From positions 1 through 32,323 of the forward strand of contig CAZADD010000005.1 in NCBI GenBank assembly GCA_964483825.1: a DNA stretch of 32,323 nt, read 5' to 3'. The notes below the pieces were generated by a model. The model ran no database searches and was not told the origin of the DNA. It saw only the letters and a list, made by a program, of their open reading frames with translations. Below are positions 1-8,975 of the stretch, piece by piece (the stretch's first letter is position 1; the number at the start of each line of letters is the position of its first letter). Position numbers and translations under genes: made by a program. The stretch is from an uncultured Oscillospiraceae bacterium (GTDB lineage: Bacteria > Bacillota > Clostridia > Christensenellales > CAG-314).

Positions 1-102
1 GGTTTGGTCAACTTTTCGAATGTAAACCACAGCAAAAGCATAAAAAACATCGATTATTGCATAAAAAAAATGTATAACCTTTTTCAAAAAGAGTATTTAC
101 TT

Positions 103-131
103 TTGCAAATATTTGAACTATGCTATTATAA
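103..131 (+). promoter_or_regulatory. putative sigma70-type promoter of oxidoreductase gene (TTGCAA-17nt-TTATAA)
   Basis: TTGCAA ~103-108, 17-nt spacer, TTATAA ~126-131; GGAGG RBS ~141-145; ATG at 155. Confidence 0.4.
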
Positions 132-154
132 AGCAATAGTGGAGGTATGCTTAT

Positions 155-1528
155 ATGGATAAAAACGTAAGAATTTGTATCATTGGCGGCGGTCCGGCCG
201 GCACAAGTGCAGCAATGTATCTGGAAAAAGCCGGATACGAAAACTACGTCATCTACGAAAAAAGTAACCGCGTTGGCGGCAAAGCATTTTCGCCTTTGAT
301 GAAAGTTAAAAACCCCGACGGCACTTGGGAAGACAGAACCATAGAAATGGGCGCCGTTATGGGTTGCGACACCTACTTTGCGGTGCACGAATGCGAAGAA
401 TTCGGCGGCACGTCGCACTTAGACGGTCCTCCGATGGGAAGAAGATTCATGATGACGGACGGAACTCCGCAAAAATCTTCCAAAATAGCTTTGTTGAAAA
501 AGTTTTTGAAAATGAAAAAGCTGACCAAGCTTTTGAACAAGAAATACAAAGGCTACGACGTTAACGGTCACCGTGGGGTTGCACAGGGCAGATACGAAGG
601 CCAGTGCCCCTCTCCCGAAATGAAATTGGCTCGCATCGAAGGCGAAAACCCCAATTTGAAAGATTTGTCCATGCCGTTTTCGGAATTTTTGAAGATGAAC
701 AAGTGCGAAGACGCAACGTTGGTTTGGAAAGGCCCGTTCACTTCCTTCGGATACGGCTACTTTGACGAAATTCCGGCAGCATACGTTTTGAAATATTTGG
801 ACGCATTCACCGTTCGTCAATTCCTTTCCACCGGCAAACTGTGGACGTGGAAAGACGGCACACAATCCATTTGGGAAGGCGTGAACAACCACCTGAAACA
901 CCCCGCTCAACTTAACAGCGAAGTTACGGCCATCAGAAGAACACCGGACAAGGTTTTTGTCACCGTCAACGGAAAAGAAGAAGAATTTGACAAGTTAATC
1001 ATTTGCACGCCGTTGGAACTGTTCCTTGGCTACGGCGACCCAAGAGAAGAAGAAAAAGAACTGTTCTCGAAGATCGTGCACAAAGAGTACTTCACCATGG
1101 CCGTTCGTCCCGAAGAAGGCAACTGCCCGGATATTTCCTACTACTTCTTTGAAAACATGACCAACGAAACGCGCGGACACTTGATGGTGTTCTACCACCG
1201 CTGGCCGGATGCTACCGATCAACCGCTTGTAACGTTCACGTTGCGCAACCACGAAGGCATGGAAGACGTTTCTTTCGAAGAAGCAAAAGAAACTACCCTT
1301 GCCGACATGGCAAAATGCGGACACCCCGTTGTTCACACGGAAAGAATCGACGACTGGTACTACTTCCCGCATGTTTGCAGCAAGGATTACGCCGACGGCT
1401 GGTACGATAAAGTAGAAGCAATGCAAGGCAAGGACAACACCTACTACGCAGGCGAAATAATGTCCTTTGGCGACATGGAAGAAACGGCAGAATACAGCCG
1501 CGACCTTATCCACAGATTCTTCAAGTAA
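155..1528 (+). CDS. FAD/NAD(P)-binding Rossmann-fold oxidoreductase (amine-oxidase / protoporphyrinogen-oxidase-like flavoprotein)
   Basis: 457-aa ORF. N-terminal dinucleotide-binding motif IIGGGPAGTSAA...YEK...VGGK. GGAGG RBS 9 nt upstream. Followed by a terminator hairpin. Confidence 0.75.
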   Translation: MDKNVRICIIGGGPAGTSAAMYLEKAGYENYVIYEKSNRVGGKAFSPLMKVKNPDGTWEDRTIEMGAVMGCDTYFAVHECEEFGGTSHLDGPPMGRRFMMTDGTPQKSSKIALLKKFLKMKKLTKLLNKKYKGYDVNGHRGVAQGRYEGQCPSPEMKLARIEGENPNLKDLSMPFSEFLKMNKCEDATLVWKGPFTSFGYGYFDEIPAAYVLKYLDAFTVRQFLSTGKLWTWKDGTQSIWEGVNNHLKHPAQLNSEVTAIRRTPDKVFVTVNGKEEEFDKLIICTPLELFLGYGDPREEEKELFSKIVHKEYFTMAVRPEEGNCPDISYYFFENMTNETRGHLMVFYHRWPDATDQPLVTFTLRNHEGMEDVSFEEAKETTLADMAKCGHPVVHTERIDDWYYFPHVCSKDYADGWYDKVEAMQGKDNTYYAGEIMSFGDMEETAEYSRDLIHRFFK

Positions 1529-1565
1529 CGGCACGAACGCCTTTGAACCGTTTGAAAGACACAAA

Positions 1566-1670
1566 GTTTTTGCGGCAACGGCTTTCCCTACCGTTCAACT
1601 TGAACAAAAATTCACTACAACACAAAACGGAGCCAAAAAACGGCTCCGTTTTTTTGAATGGTTGATGAAT
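1566..1670. repeat. 105-bp direct repeat, copy 1 (contains a rho-independent terminator); second copy at 3186-3290
   Basis: Near-identical sequence TTTTTGCGGCAACGGCTTTC..ACCGTTCAACTTGAACAAAAATTCACTACAACACAAAACGGAGC..AAAAAACGGCTCCGTTTTTTTGAATGGTTGATGAAT at both sites; flanks diverge immediately outside. Confidence 0.85.
1625..1657 (+). terminator. rho-independent terminator of oxidoreductase gene
   Basis: Stem AAACGGAGCC / GGCTCCGTTT with A-rich loop, followed by T7 run. Confidence 0.75.
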
Positions 1671-2021
1671 TATGATTTGAGGCACACGCAAACAAAACAG
1701 TTGTTGTTTGCAAAACACGAAAACCGTGTCATTGATAGGAACAAAACCACCTCGCATCACATGGCTGTTTGAAAAATGCGGCTAAACAGGCCGCCAAACT
1801 CCAGTTTAATACTGTTGCCAACAGCGTGAAAATGGTTTTTTACGGCGAGCGGTCACCGTTGATACTGTCGCCGCAAAAAACCAAGTCGCCAATAATATGC
1901 GCGTGATGATTCGGAATGAGCACGCCCCTAGAATACATCCAACTTATCCTTGACAGCGACTTGAAAGGAACACCAAGAGCCCCAAGTCACCACCCTAACG
2001 GATGGCGGCTTAGGTTCCTTT

Positions 2022-2915
2022 TTAGTCTTGCAAAATTTTTAGATATTTATCCAATCTCGCATTGATATATTCCGCAAAGAGTTTTTCCATAGCGGACAAA
2101 TTGTGCTTTGCATGGTATTCGTCAAACGCATTGTAGTAAGCCAAGCGATCCGTGAACTTAATGTCAATGGGCGGAAATCCGGCTTTCATAAGTTCCAAAT
2201 TAACAAGCAATCGGCCCGTTCTTCCGTTACCGTCAATGAATGGATGAATACCTTCAAATTCAATGTGAAAACGGGCCAATTTTGTTACAACGTGTTCTTT
2301 GCTTTCGGCAAAGTCGCGCAAAAGCTGCTCTATCTTTTCTTGAATGAGATACGGCTCGGTCGGCTCGTGCTGTGCGCCCATGATGCGAACGGGAACTTTG
2401 CGGTATACGCCTCGATCGTCCTTCTTGTCCGCAAGAACAAGATAGTGAATTTCTTTGATTACACGCTCGCTGATGGGCACGTTGTTTACCACAAGCTCTC
2501 GAACATATTCAAACGCCTCTTTGTGGCCCACCGCTTCCATGTGATCTTTCAGTGGTTTGCGGTCGACGGTTAGCCCCCTGAGAACCAAATCGGTTTCACG
2601 CAAGGTCAGCGTGTTGCCCTCAATGGCGTTGGAATTGTAGGTGTATTCAACGGCAAATTCTTCGTTCAAGCGTTCCGCTTCCCCCTCGGTCAGCGGTCTG
2701 CGACTGTCAAGTTCCGCCTTTTTTTTGTCTATTTGTGCAAGAATGCTCTCTTGAGATTTGTACCTTCCGTCCGACGGTTTTTCCGCATCGGCAGGAATTT
2801 TCCACCCGCGCCCCTCTTGAAACGCTCCCGAAATTTTACCCTCGGCACAAAGCACGCGAACTCTCCTTTCGGAAACGCCCCACTTTTCCGCAGCTCTTTT
2901 AACAGTCATGAACAT
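2022..2915 (-). CDS. Fic/Doc family protein (AMPylator-type) with N-terminal HTH and intramolecular inhibitory helix motif
   Basis: 297 aa. Canonical Fic motif HPFIDGNGRTGR. Upstream SNAIEGN matches the (S/T)xxxE(G/N) inhibitory motif. N-terminal MTVKRAAEKWGVSERRVRVLCAEGKISGA resembles an excisionase/MerR-like HTH. Confidence 0.9.
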   Translation of the reverse strand: MFMTVKRAAEKWGVSERRVRVLCAEGKISGAFQEGRGWKIPADAEKPSDGRYKSQESILAQIDKKKAELDSRRPLTEGEAERLNEEFAVEYTYNSNAIEGNTLTLRETDLVLRGLTVDRKPLKDHMEAVGHKEAFEYVRELVVNNVPISERVIKEIHYLVLADKKDDRGVYRKVPVRIMGAQHEPTEPYLIQEKIEQLLRDFAESKEHVVTKLARFHIEFEGIHPFIDGNGRTGRLLVNLELMKAGFPPIDIKFTDRLAYYNAFDEYHAKHNLSAMEKLFAEYINARLDKYLKILQD

Positions 2916-2973
2916 GCTCGTTATTCCTCCCGTTCGTGTTTATTATACCACACTTTCGGAACAATATCAATAG

Positions 2974-3009
2974 TAGCGGAATAATATTTTGCAAATTAGC
3001 GGAATAATA
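2974..3009 (-). promoter_or_regulatory. two 13-bp direct repeats TAGCGGAATAATA (about 23 bp centre to centre) upstream of fic; candidate operator in promoter region
   Basis: Exact 13-mer repeated at ~2974-2986 and ~2997-3009, 60-95 bp upstream of the fic start codon (2915). The Fic protein carries its own HTH. Confidence 0.35.
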
Positions 3010-3185
3010 GCTCTTGTTGGAGTATCTTTCCGTCGGGTACGGATATAAAAAACCGTGCAACGTACAAGCCAAGAACGTTGCGCTTTTTGTGCGTGCAAAC
3101 GACATCTTTTTCATGCTTGAAGTACAAAGCAATAGTTTTACAAGTATCTTGCCGCTTGTTTTCCGCTAGACGAACAGTTTTTTTC

Positions 3186-3290
3186 TTTTTGCGGCAACGG
3201 CTTTCGGCACCGTTCAACTTGAACAAAAATTCACTACAACACAAAACGGAGCAGAAAAAACGGCTCCGTTTTTTTGAATGGTTGATGAAT
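3186..3290. repeat. 105-bp direct repeat, copy 2 (with terminator hairpin ~3245-3278)
   Basis: About 95% identical to 1566-1670; together they bracket the fic gene. Confidence 0.85.
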
Positions 3291-3421
3291 ACGCACCATG
3301 TTTTCGTGCTCTTTCCACAAAATTATTTCAACGATATTGACAACTACCCAAATTAAATGTATTATTATTTTGTAAACAAACATTAAAATCGGCGATACGG
3401 TCGATTGAAGGAGGTTTTTTC

Positions 3422-4006
3422 GTGTTTTGGGAAAATTTGTCGCTTCTTGCGAAAATTTTGTTTTGCACCGGCATTGGCTCCACCGCCATTTTGCTGATAC
3501 AGATAATTTTGATGATAATCGGCTTTGCCGGCGATGCTTTCGGCGACGTTGACGTAGACATCGATGCCGACGGCGACGTGGATTTGGACGGTGCCGGCGA
3601 CGGAATAGGTTTGTTCACCATAAAAGGCCTTGTTGCATTCTTTTCCATAGGCAGTTGGACGGGTTTTGCAATGGACGTTTCCGGTTGCAACGAAGTGCTT
3701 TCCGTTTGCATTGCCGTGCTTGTGGGGGCGGCCGCACTTGTGGGCGTAGGCTTTTTGTACAAAGCGTTGAACAAGTTGCAATCCAACGGCAATTTGAACA
3801 TGGCCAACGCCATCGGAAAAACCGCCGAAGTGTATCTCACCGTTCCTGCAAACAATTCCGGCACAGGCAAAGTAACGCTGGAAGTTCAGGAAAAGTTTGT
3901 GGAAGCAACGGCTCGCACCACCGCCGAAAACGCCATTCCAACGGGATCGATAGTTAAAGTTGTGGATACCGTTAACGGCGAACTGATAGTAGAATTAAGT
4001 AAATAA
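3422..4006 (+). CDS. NfeD-like membrane protein (YuaF/YqiJ type, C-terminal OB-fold), flotillin partner
   Basis: 194 aa. N-terminal TM helices, acidic DVDVDIDADGDVDLDGAGDG stretch, C-terminal beta-rich domain. GTG start with GGAGG RBS. Immediately upstream of the flotillin gene with a 15-bp gap. Confidence 0.8.
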   Translation: MFWENLSLLAKILFCTGIGSTAILLIQIILMIIGFAGDAFGDVDVDIDADGDVDLDGAGDGIGLFTIKGLVAFFSIGSWTGFAMDVSGCNEVLSVCIAVLVGAAALVGVGFLYKALNKLQSNGNLNMANAIGKTAEVYLTVPANNSGTGKVTLEVQEKFVEATARTTAENAIPTGSIVKVVDTVNGELIVELSK

Positions 4007-4021
4007 CAGGAGGTAACAACT

Positions 4022-5458
4022 ATGCTCAACATTTTTGCAACCATCACCAGCGGAGCGATAGCCGGCATTGTAGTGGCGGCCGTTCTCGTTTTAACGTCGA
4101 TATTTTTGATGTTCCTTTCTCGCTACAAAAAGTGCCCGTCGGATAAAATAATGGTTATCTACGGCAAAATCGGCAAAAACAGCGACGGTACGTCTCGCAG
4201 CGCAAAATGTATTCACGGCGGCGCCGCATTTATCGTGCCGGTTATTCAAGCGCACGCATTTTTGGATTTGACCCCCATTTCCATCAGCGTGGACCTTCGC
4301 AACGCCCTTTCCAAACAAAACATTCGTGTTGACGTTCCGTCCCGATTCACCGTTGGTATTTCCACCGAACCGGGCATCATGCAAAACGCCGCCGAACGCC
4401 TTTTGGGGCTTTCGTTGAACGAAATTCAAGAGTTGGCAAAAGATATAATTTTGGGCCAATTGCGTTTGGTTATTGCAACGATGGAAATTGAAGAAATCAA
4501 CAACGACAGAGACAAATTTTTGGAAGCCGTTTCTCGCAACGTGGAAACGGAATTGAAAAAGATTGGTTTGCGCCTTATCAACGTTAACGTAACGGATATC
4601 AGCGACGAAAGCGGCTACATCAGCGCACTTGGTAAAGAAGCGGCAGCAAAAGCTATCAACGCTGCAAAAATTTCCGTTGCCGAAGCGGACAAAGAAGGTT
4701 CTATCGGTGCCGCAAACGCATTGAGAGAGCAAAGAATAATGGTTTCGCAAGCGGAAGCGGAAGCCATTAAGGGCGAAAACGACGCAAAGGCGGAAATTGC
4801 AACTGCGCAAGCAACGTTGAGAGAAAAGGAAGCCGAAGCAACCAAAATTGCCACCGTTGCGGAAAAGACCAAGAGTGCGGAAGCGTTGGAAGAATCCTAC
4901 TCGGCGGAAAAACTTGCCGAACAAGCCCGTGCCGCCCGTGACCAAGCAACTTTGGAAGCCGACGTAATTGTCAAAACGGATATTGAAAAACGCCGCAGAG
5001 AAATAGATGCCGAAGCCGAAGCGGAACAAATTCGCCGCAGAGCACAAGGTGAAGCGGACGCAATCTACGCAAAACTGGAAGCACAAGCACGCGGCGTGAA
5101 AGCGTTGTTGGATAACCAAGCGCAAGGTTATGCGGAAATTGTTAAGGCTGCCGGCGGCGACGCAAACGCTGCAATGCGCTTGATGATAACGGACAAAATG
5201 GAAAGCCTTGTCAAAACGCAAGTTGAAGCAATCAAAAACATCAAAATTGACAAAATCACCGTGTGGGATTCCGGCAAGGGCGAAGACGGCAAAACATCCA
5301 CTGCAAACTTTTTATCCGGACTTTTGCAAAGCTTGCCCCCGATGACGGACCTTTTCGACATGGCCGGCTTGCAACTTCCCGAAGTTTTGAACGCGCAAAA
5401 GAAAGTTGAAGAACCCCCTAAAACAGAAGACAACACAGAAATCAAAACAGAAGAATAG
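4022..5458 (+). CDS. floT: flotillin-family SPFH domain protein (FloT/YuaG-like)
   Basis: 478 aa. N-terminal TM segment, SPFH core, long Ala/Glu-rich coiled-coil (EA repeats) typical of flotillins. GGAGG RBS. Operon with NfeD as in B. subtilis yuaF-floT. Confidence 0.88.
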   Translation: MLNIFATITSGAIAGIVVAAVLVLTSIFLMFLSRYKKCPSDKIMVIYGKIGKNSDGTSRSAKCIHGGAAFIVPVIQAHAFLDLTPISISVDLRNALSKQNIRVDVPSRFTVGISTEPGIMQNAAERLLGLSLNEIQELAKDIILGQLRLVIATMEIEEINNDRDKFLEAVSRNVETELKKIGLRLINVNVTDISDESGYISALGKEAAAKAINAAKISVAEADKEGSIGAANALREQRIMVSQAEAEAIKGENDAKAEIATAQATLREKEAEATKIATVAEKTKSAEALEESYSAEKLAEQARAARDQATLEADVIVKTDIEKRRREIDAEAEAEQIRRRAQGEADAIYAKLEAQARGVKALLDNQAQGYAEIVKAAGGDANAAMRLMITDKMESLVKTQVEAIKNIKIDKITVWDSGKGEDGKTSTANFLSGLLQSLPPMTDLFDMAGLQLPEVLNAQKKVEEPPKTEDNTEIKTEE

Positions 5459-5478
5459 TTTTTGACAAAACGCATGAA

Positions 5479-5514
5479 ACACCGTCGCCACAACGTGACG
5501 GTGTTTTTGTTTTG
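5479..5514 (+). terminator. rho-independent terminator after floT
   Basis: Stem ACACCGTC / GACGGTGT followed by TTTTTGTTTT. Confidence 0.7.
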
Positions 5515-5595
5515 CCGAAGACTATGTTGCCACAAAAAAACAACAAAATTTGATTTTGGCAAAAAACAAAACGAATTTTTCAAAGTTCAAAACAA

Positions 5596-5996
5596 CAAAA
5601 CCCCGTCGCTGTATGAGTGTTACCCTTAACGGAGAACACGCAATGAATTGCAATCGTGTTGCATGAATTGACAGCGAGTGTCATGAATTGCAGTAAACTG
5701 CATGAATTGCCCTGTGGGCATTATATTCGTTGCAATTCAATTCATGGAGTAGGCGAAGAGCCGTCGAGAAATCATGGCGAAGCCAATTCATTATGCGTCA
5801 GCATAAATTCATCCATAAAAATGAAAAGAGCAAGAATAGAATGTTTTAATCATTGCACTCTTGCTCTTTTTGCTTGTAAATATGGGTTTGGGCTTGGCTC
5901 AATAAAGCATTCGACTAGTTAAATGCGATGCTCGCACTTAGTAAGACTTTTCAATCTCTCCGCTAAGAATATCACGCTGTAGTGCGACGGGGTTTT
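5596..5996. repeat. ~400-bp element bounded by 17-bp perfect inverted repeats (CAACAAAACCCCGTCGC / GCGACGGGGTTTTGTTG) with an internal CATGAATTG array; MITE-like or regulatory module
   Basis: Inverted repeats at ~5596-5612 and ~5978-5996. Four direct copies of (T/G)CATGAATTG at ~5641-5708 spaced ~20 bp, then inverted copies CAATTCATG / CAATTCATT at ~5735-5795. Internal hairpin plus T-run at ~5823-5870. Confidence 0.35.
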
Positions 5997-6015
5997 GTTG
6001 TGCAATTTTTTGTAG

Positions 6016-6999
6016 CTACTTTAACAGTTGTTTTCTCTTTTCGTCAAACTCTTCCTGCGTGATGATTCCTTCATCCAACAAGCTTTTGTATTTCTTTAAT
6101 TCGTCCGCTGCTGAAAGTGTTTGCGTTACAACTGTGGTTCCGTTTTGAGGATGAGATGCGTTTTCGCGTGCATTTTCCAAGAAGTCAACAATTTCTCTCA
6201 TTTCGGATATTCTTTCGAGATAATACGGCACAGAGTTTTCGTCATTGACTGCCGAACCGGAAGTTCCACGTGCTTCTACGCTGCCTGCATAGGAAAATTG
6301 AACGAATCCAACAACGCTGCGAGTTGCTTCCTTGTGTTGAATGGATGTTATGTCGGCTATTCTGATTCTTTTCACCCCGTTGTTGCCACCTTCCATTTGT
6401 TTAAAAACGAAGTCAACAACGCCGGACGTGAATCTTACGTGCGACAAGGTGATGTATTTATCGTATACTGCTAATTCCGAGCCGGTATACCCTATAAAAT
6501 AATATTTAGGAACCGGTTCGTTTTGACACTCAAAAATCTTTTTGTTTGCGTATTCCAGCGCCCTACAAAAACGCACGTTGTCGGCATATTTGAAATAAAT
6601 TCCATACTTGCGTCCGGCGGCAGTAAAAGTGGCATAACCACCCTTTCCGACTAGGGAAATGGCACCGCTAATAACGTTAATTTTGCTACATTGTTCATAG
6701 GGTAATTCCGTTTGACCAACGATTATCGAAGTTTCTGTTATTGAAAAGTTGTTTTCGCCGCTAATAAACGGATCAAAGATGGTGCGGCTTTCCAAGGGCT
6801 TTTCTTCAACTTCATTTTGCTCGATGCCCGCTTTACTTGGAGTGCCTTGAGGTTCTTTCGCTGCAGCAACAATATCCACAATCCAACCGACGCCAAATAC
6901 CCCGAACGTTAACAAATAAAGTATGCCCAAAGCATATTGCTTTTTATGAAAGCGGTAGTAGCCAGTCCAACCAAAGAACACGGTCAATAGTAGTGTCAT
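6016..6999 (-). CDS. membrane protein with N-terminal TM2 domain and C-terminal SHOCT domain
   Basis: 327 aa. N-terminus LLTVFFGWTGYYRFHKKQYALGILYLLTFGVFGVGWIVD (TM2-like). C-terminus ELKKYKSLLDEGIITQEEFDEKRKQLL (SHOCT-like). AAGGAG RBS. Confidence 0.8.
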   Translation of the reverse strand: MTLLLTVFFGWTGYYRFHKKQYALGILYLLTFGVFGVGWIVDIVAAAKEPQGTPSKAGIEQNEVEEKPLESRTIFDPFISGENNFSITETSIIVGQTELPYEQCSKINVISGAISLVGKGGYATFTAAGRKYGIYFKYADNVRFCRALEYANKKIFECQNEPVPKYYFIGYTGSELAVYDKYITLSHVRFTSGVVDFVFKQMEGGNNGVKRIRIADITSIQHKEATRSVVGFVQFSYAGSVEARGTSGSAVNDENSVPYYLERISEMREIVDFLENARENASHPQNGTTVVTQTLSAADELKKYKSLLDEGIITQEEFDEKRKQLLK

Positions 7000-7089
7000 T
7001 TGTTTAATCTCCTTTGTTTTTTACTAATTATATCACAAAATGAGATACATGTCAATATCTCAAAAAGAGATATTTATAATAAAAATACT

Positions 7090-7305
7090 ATGAGATTGAA
7101 AGAAATTCGTGAAGACAAACAATTGTCGCAAAGTGAAGTCGCAAAGTTGTTGAACGTAAAGCAAAACACCTATTCGCAATACGAAACGGAAAAAAGACAA
7201 ATCCCCATTGCAATGCTTGTGCAACTTGCCGAGTTCTATGCCGTGTCGGTAGATTATCTTTTGGAACTCACCGACGTAGAAGATAGGTATCCCGCACGCT
7301 ACTGA
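7090..7305 (+). CDS. XRE-family helix-turn-helix transcriptional regulator (71 aa)
   Basis: MRLKEIREDKQLSQSEVAKLLNVKQNTYSQYE is a classic XRE HTH. The internal ATG at 7090 was chosen because the longer ORF from 7000 would overlap the divergent gene. TATAAT lies 9 nt upstream of the ATG (possibly leaderless). Confidence 0.75.
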   Translation: MRLKEIREDKQLSQSEVAKLLNVKQNTYSQYETEKRQIPIAMLVQLAEFYAVSVDYLLELTDVEDRYPARY

Positions 7306-7535
7306 AATTTTTCAAAGTGTTTTGTGCAAAAGCTTATTGGCAAACCACAAAGCTTTATCATGCCGAAAATTATTGCAAAAAAAACGCCCTCTGCGAATGA
7401 ATTTTGAAGGGTCGCCTTGTTTTGCTTAGTGCGTGTAGAGCGGAATAATTGCTTGAAATTTTGCCAAACTACCAAACGAAATAACCCTTCGTGAACTGCC
7501 AATGGGAAAACACTTCCGTTACAAAACAAAACACA

Positions 7536-7576
7536 CAAAAAGTCCGTTGCACTAACGCAACGGACTTTTTGTTTTG
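7536..7576. terminator. bidirectional rho-independent terminator between convergent XRE and gltS genes
   Basis: 10-bp stem AGTCCGTTGC / GCAACGGACT, A-run before, T-run after. Confidence 0.75.
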
Positions 7577-7601
7577 CATGTCACCATGTATTTACATGTA
7601 G

Positions 7602-8975
7602 TTACTTTTCCAATTTGTTTTTCTTTTTGAAAATTTTGCTGCGGAACAGTATCAGTACAAAAACAATGAACGCCACAGCCAAAATTGCAAGGGTTATTAT
7701 CGATTCCGTCACACCACGCGGGCAGTAGCCCAGTAGCAACAGTAATCCGCCGCCGAATGCAATGGCAGGCACTCCGGAAAGAACAAGGTTGGATGCCGCA
7801 GGCGTTTCGAAGCGAGGGTCTATTTCCCTTAGCAAAATCATGCCGTTGCTTGCAGTGCCCGTTAACATGCCGAACATGGAAAAGAATCCTTCGTTTTCGT
7901 AGCCCGGGTAGATAACGTTACTAACCAAACGAATATAAATGAATGTTGCAACGGTGCCCAGCGTGCAAATAATGGCAATTTGCCACCACATTTGCGAAAG
8001 TTGTTGCCAATCGATGGCGGCCACGCCGGCAATTATCATGGTATCGAACATCAAACCGCTTATTCTATCCAACATGTAACTGTTGGTAAGTTCACGGTGG
8101 ATAAGTTTCTTTTTGGAAAGGAAATTCAGCACCAAGCGGCACAACAGTGCAAAAATAGAACCAAGCAGGAAGTTAAATCCCCACACCAAACTGACGTTGA
8201 CAAGCTTCATCACCAAGTACACCAAACCGTAGATAACCAGCACCAAGCAAGTGCTAATCGTCACTTTATCCACCGATTCGGCATCGGGAATTTCGTTTTC
8301 GCTAACGTACTTTTCCAAAGTTTCCACGTCTTGCGCTTCTTCTTTGGTCAAAACCTTTAATTTGCCCTTTTTGCGCAAAATGTTCATGTACACCACGCCC
8401 ACCACGCAAGCAACGAAGAACCCTATCGTGGCAATGGTGATGCCGAACGTGGCACCGCCTTCAAAGCCGTATTCGTTTTCGTAGATATTGCCGTAGTTAA
8501 GCGCCTGTCCGGTACCTTGCCCAAAGCCAAGCGCAAGCAAAATGCCGCCTGCCGGGAAAAAGTCGCAAACAAAGTAGAGAATTATTGTCACCGCCAAACC
8601 CAATATTGCTTGCAACGTGTAAACACTTCCTTGTAACAAGCCCGATTCTATCACCGTTTTTGTGGAAACGGTTTCCTTTTTTCTTTTGCGCAACGCCATT
8701 GCAATGAACCCTATTGCCAAGCAATGGTAGGTTAGCGTTTCCATCAGTTCCGCATTGATAAAATCGTTCACGGCAGGTATCAATTTCAAAAGCAAAACTA
8801 TCGTTCCGCCTATCAGCGCCGAAGGTATCAAACTTTTGCGCATAAACGGCACTTTGCGGCGAATAATGTTGCCCACAAGCACGGCCGCCGCCAAAATGAA
8901 CACTTGAATTAAGCTTGACCAAACCTCATCTGCGCCGAACGATTTAACCGTTGACATTATCGATTGACAAAGCAT
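7602..8975 (-). CDS. gltS: sodium/glutamate symporter, GltS family
   Basis: Multi-TM protein. N-terminal pattern (LIQVFILAAAVLVGNIIRRKVPFMRKSLIPSALIGG) resembles the GltS family. Start moved to the ATG at 8975 (MLCQSIM), which has an AAAGGAGGGG RBS 7 nt upstream. Confidence 0.7.
   Translation of the reverse strand: MLCQSIMSTVKSFGADEVWSSLIQVFILAAAVLVGNIIRRKVPFMRKSLIPSALIGGTIVLLLKLIPAVNDFINAELMETLTYHCLAIGFIAMALRKRKKETVSTKTVIESGLLQGSVYTLQAILGLAVTIILYFVCDFFPAGGILLALGFGQGTGQALNYGNIYENEYGFEGGATFGITIATIGFFVACVVGVVYMNILRKKGKLKVLTKEEAQDVETLEKYVSENEIPDAESVDKVTISTCLVLVIYGLVYLVMKLVNVSLVWGFNFLLGSIFALLCRLVLNFLSKKKLIHRELTNSYMLDRISGLMFDTMIIAGVAAIDWQQLSQMWWQIAIICTLGTVATFIYIRLVSNVIYPGYENEGFFSMFGMLTGTASNGMILLREIDPRFETPAASNLVLSGVPAIAFGGGLLLLLGYCPRGVTESIITLAILAVAFIVFVLILFRSKIFKKKNKLEK

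Noticed and set aside
1467-1772. Small ORFs 1467-1772, 1521-1760, 2996-3244 and 3078-3356 sharing peptide segments
   Set aside because: The shared peptides (KKRLRFFEWLMN; MCCSEFLFKLNG) arise only because both ORF pairs traverse the duplicated 105-bp terminator repeat. They span terminator hairpins and lack RBSs.
4091-5221. 376-aa ORF on the minus strand, plus 4615-4872 and 4767-4949
   Set aside because: Entirely antisense to the well-supported flotillin gene. The composition is Cys/Phe/Arg-rich and low-complexity, with no RBS. Artefact of the Ala/Glu-rich coding strand.
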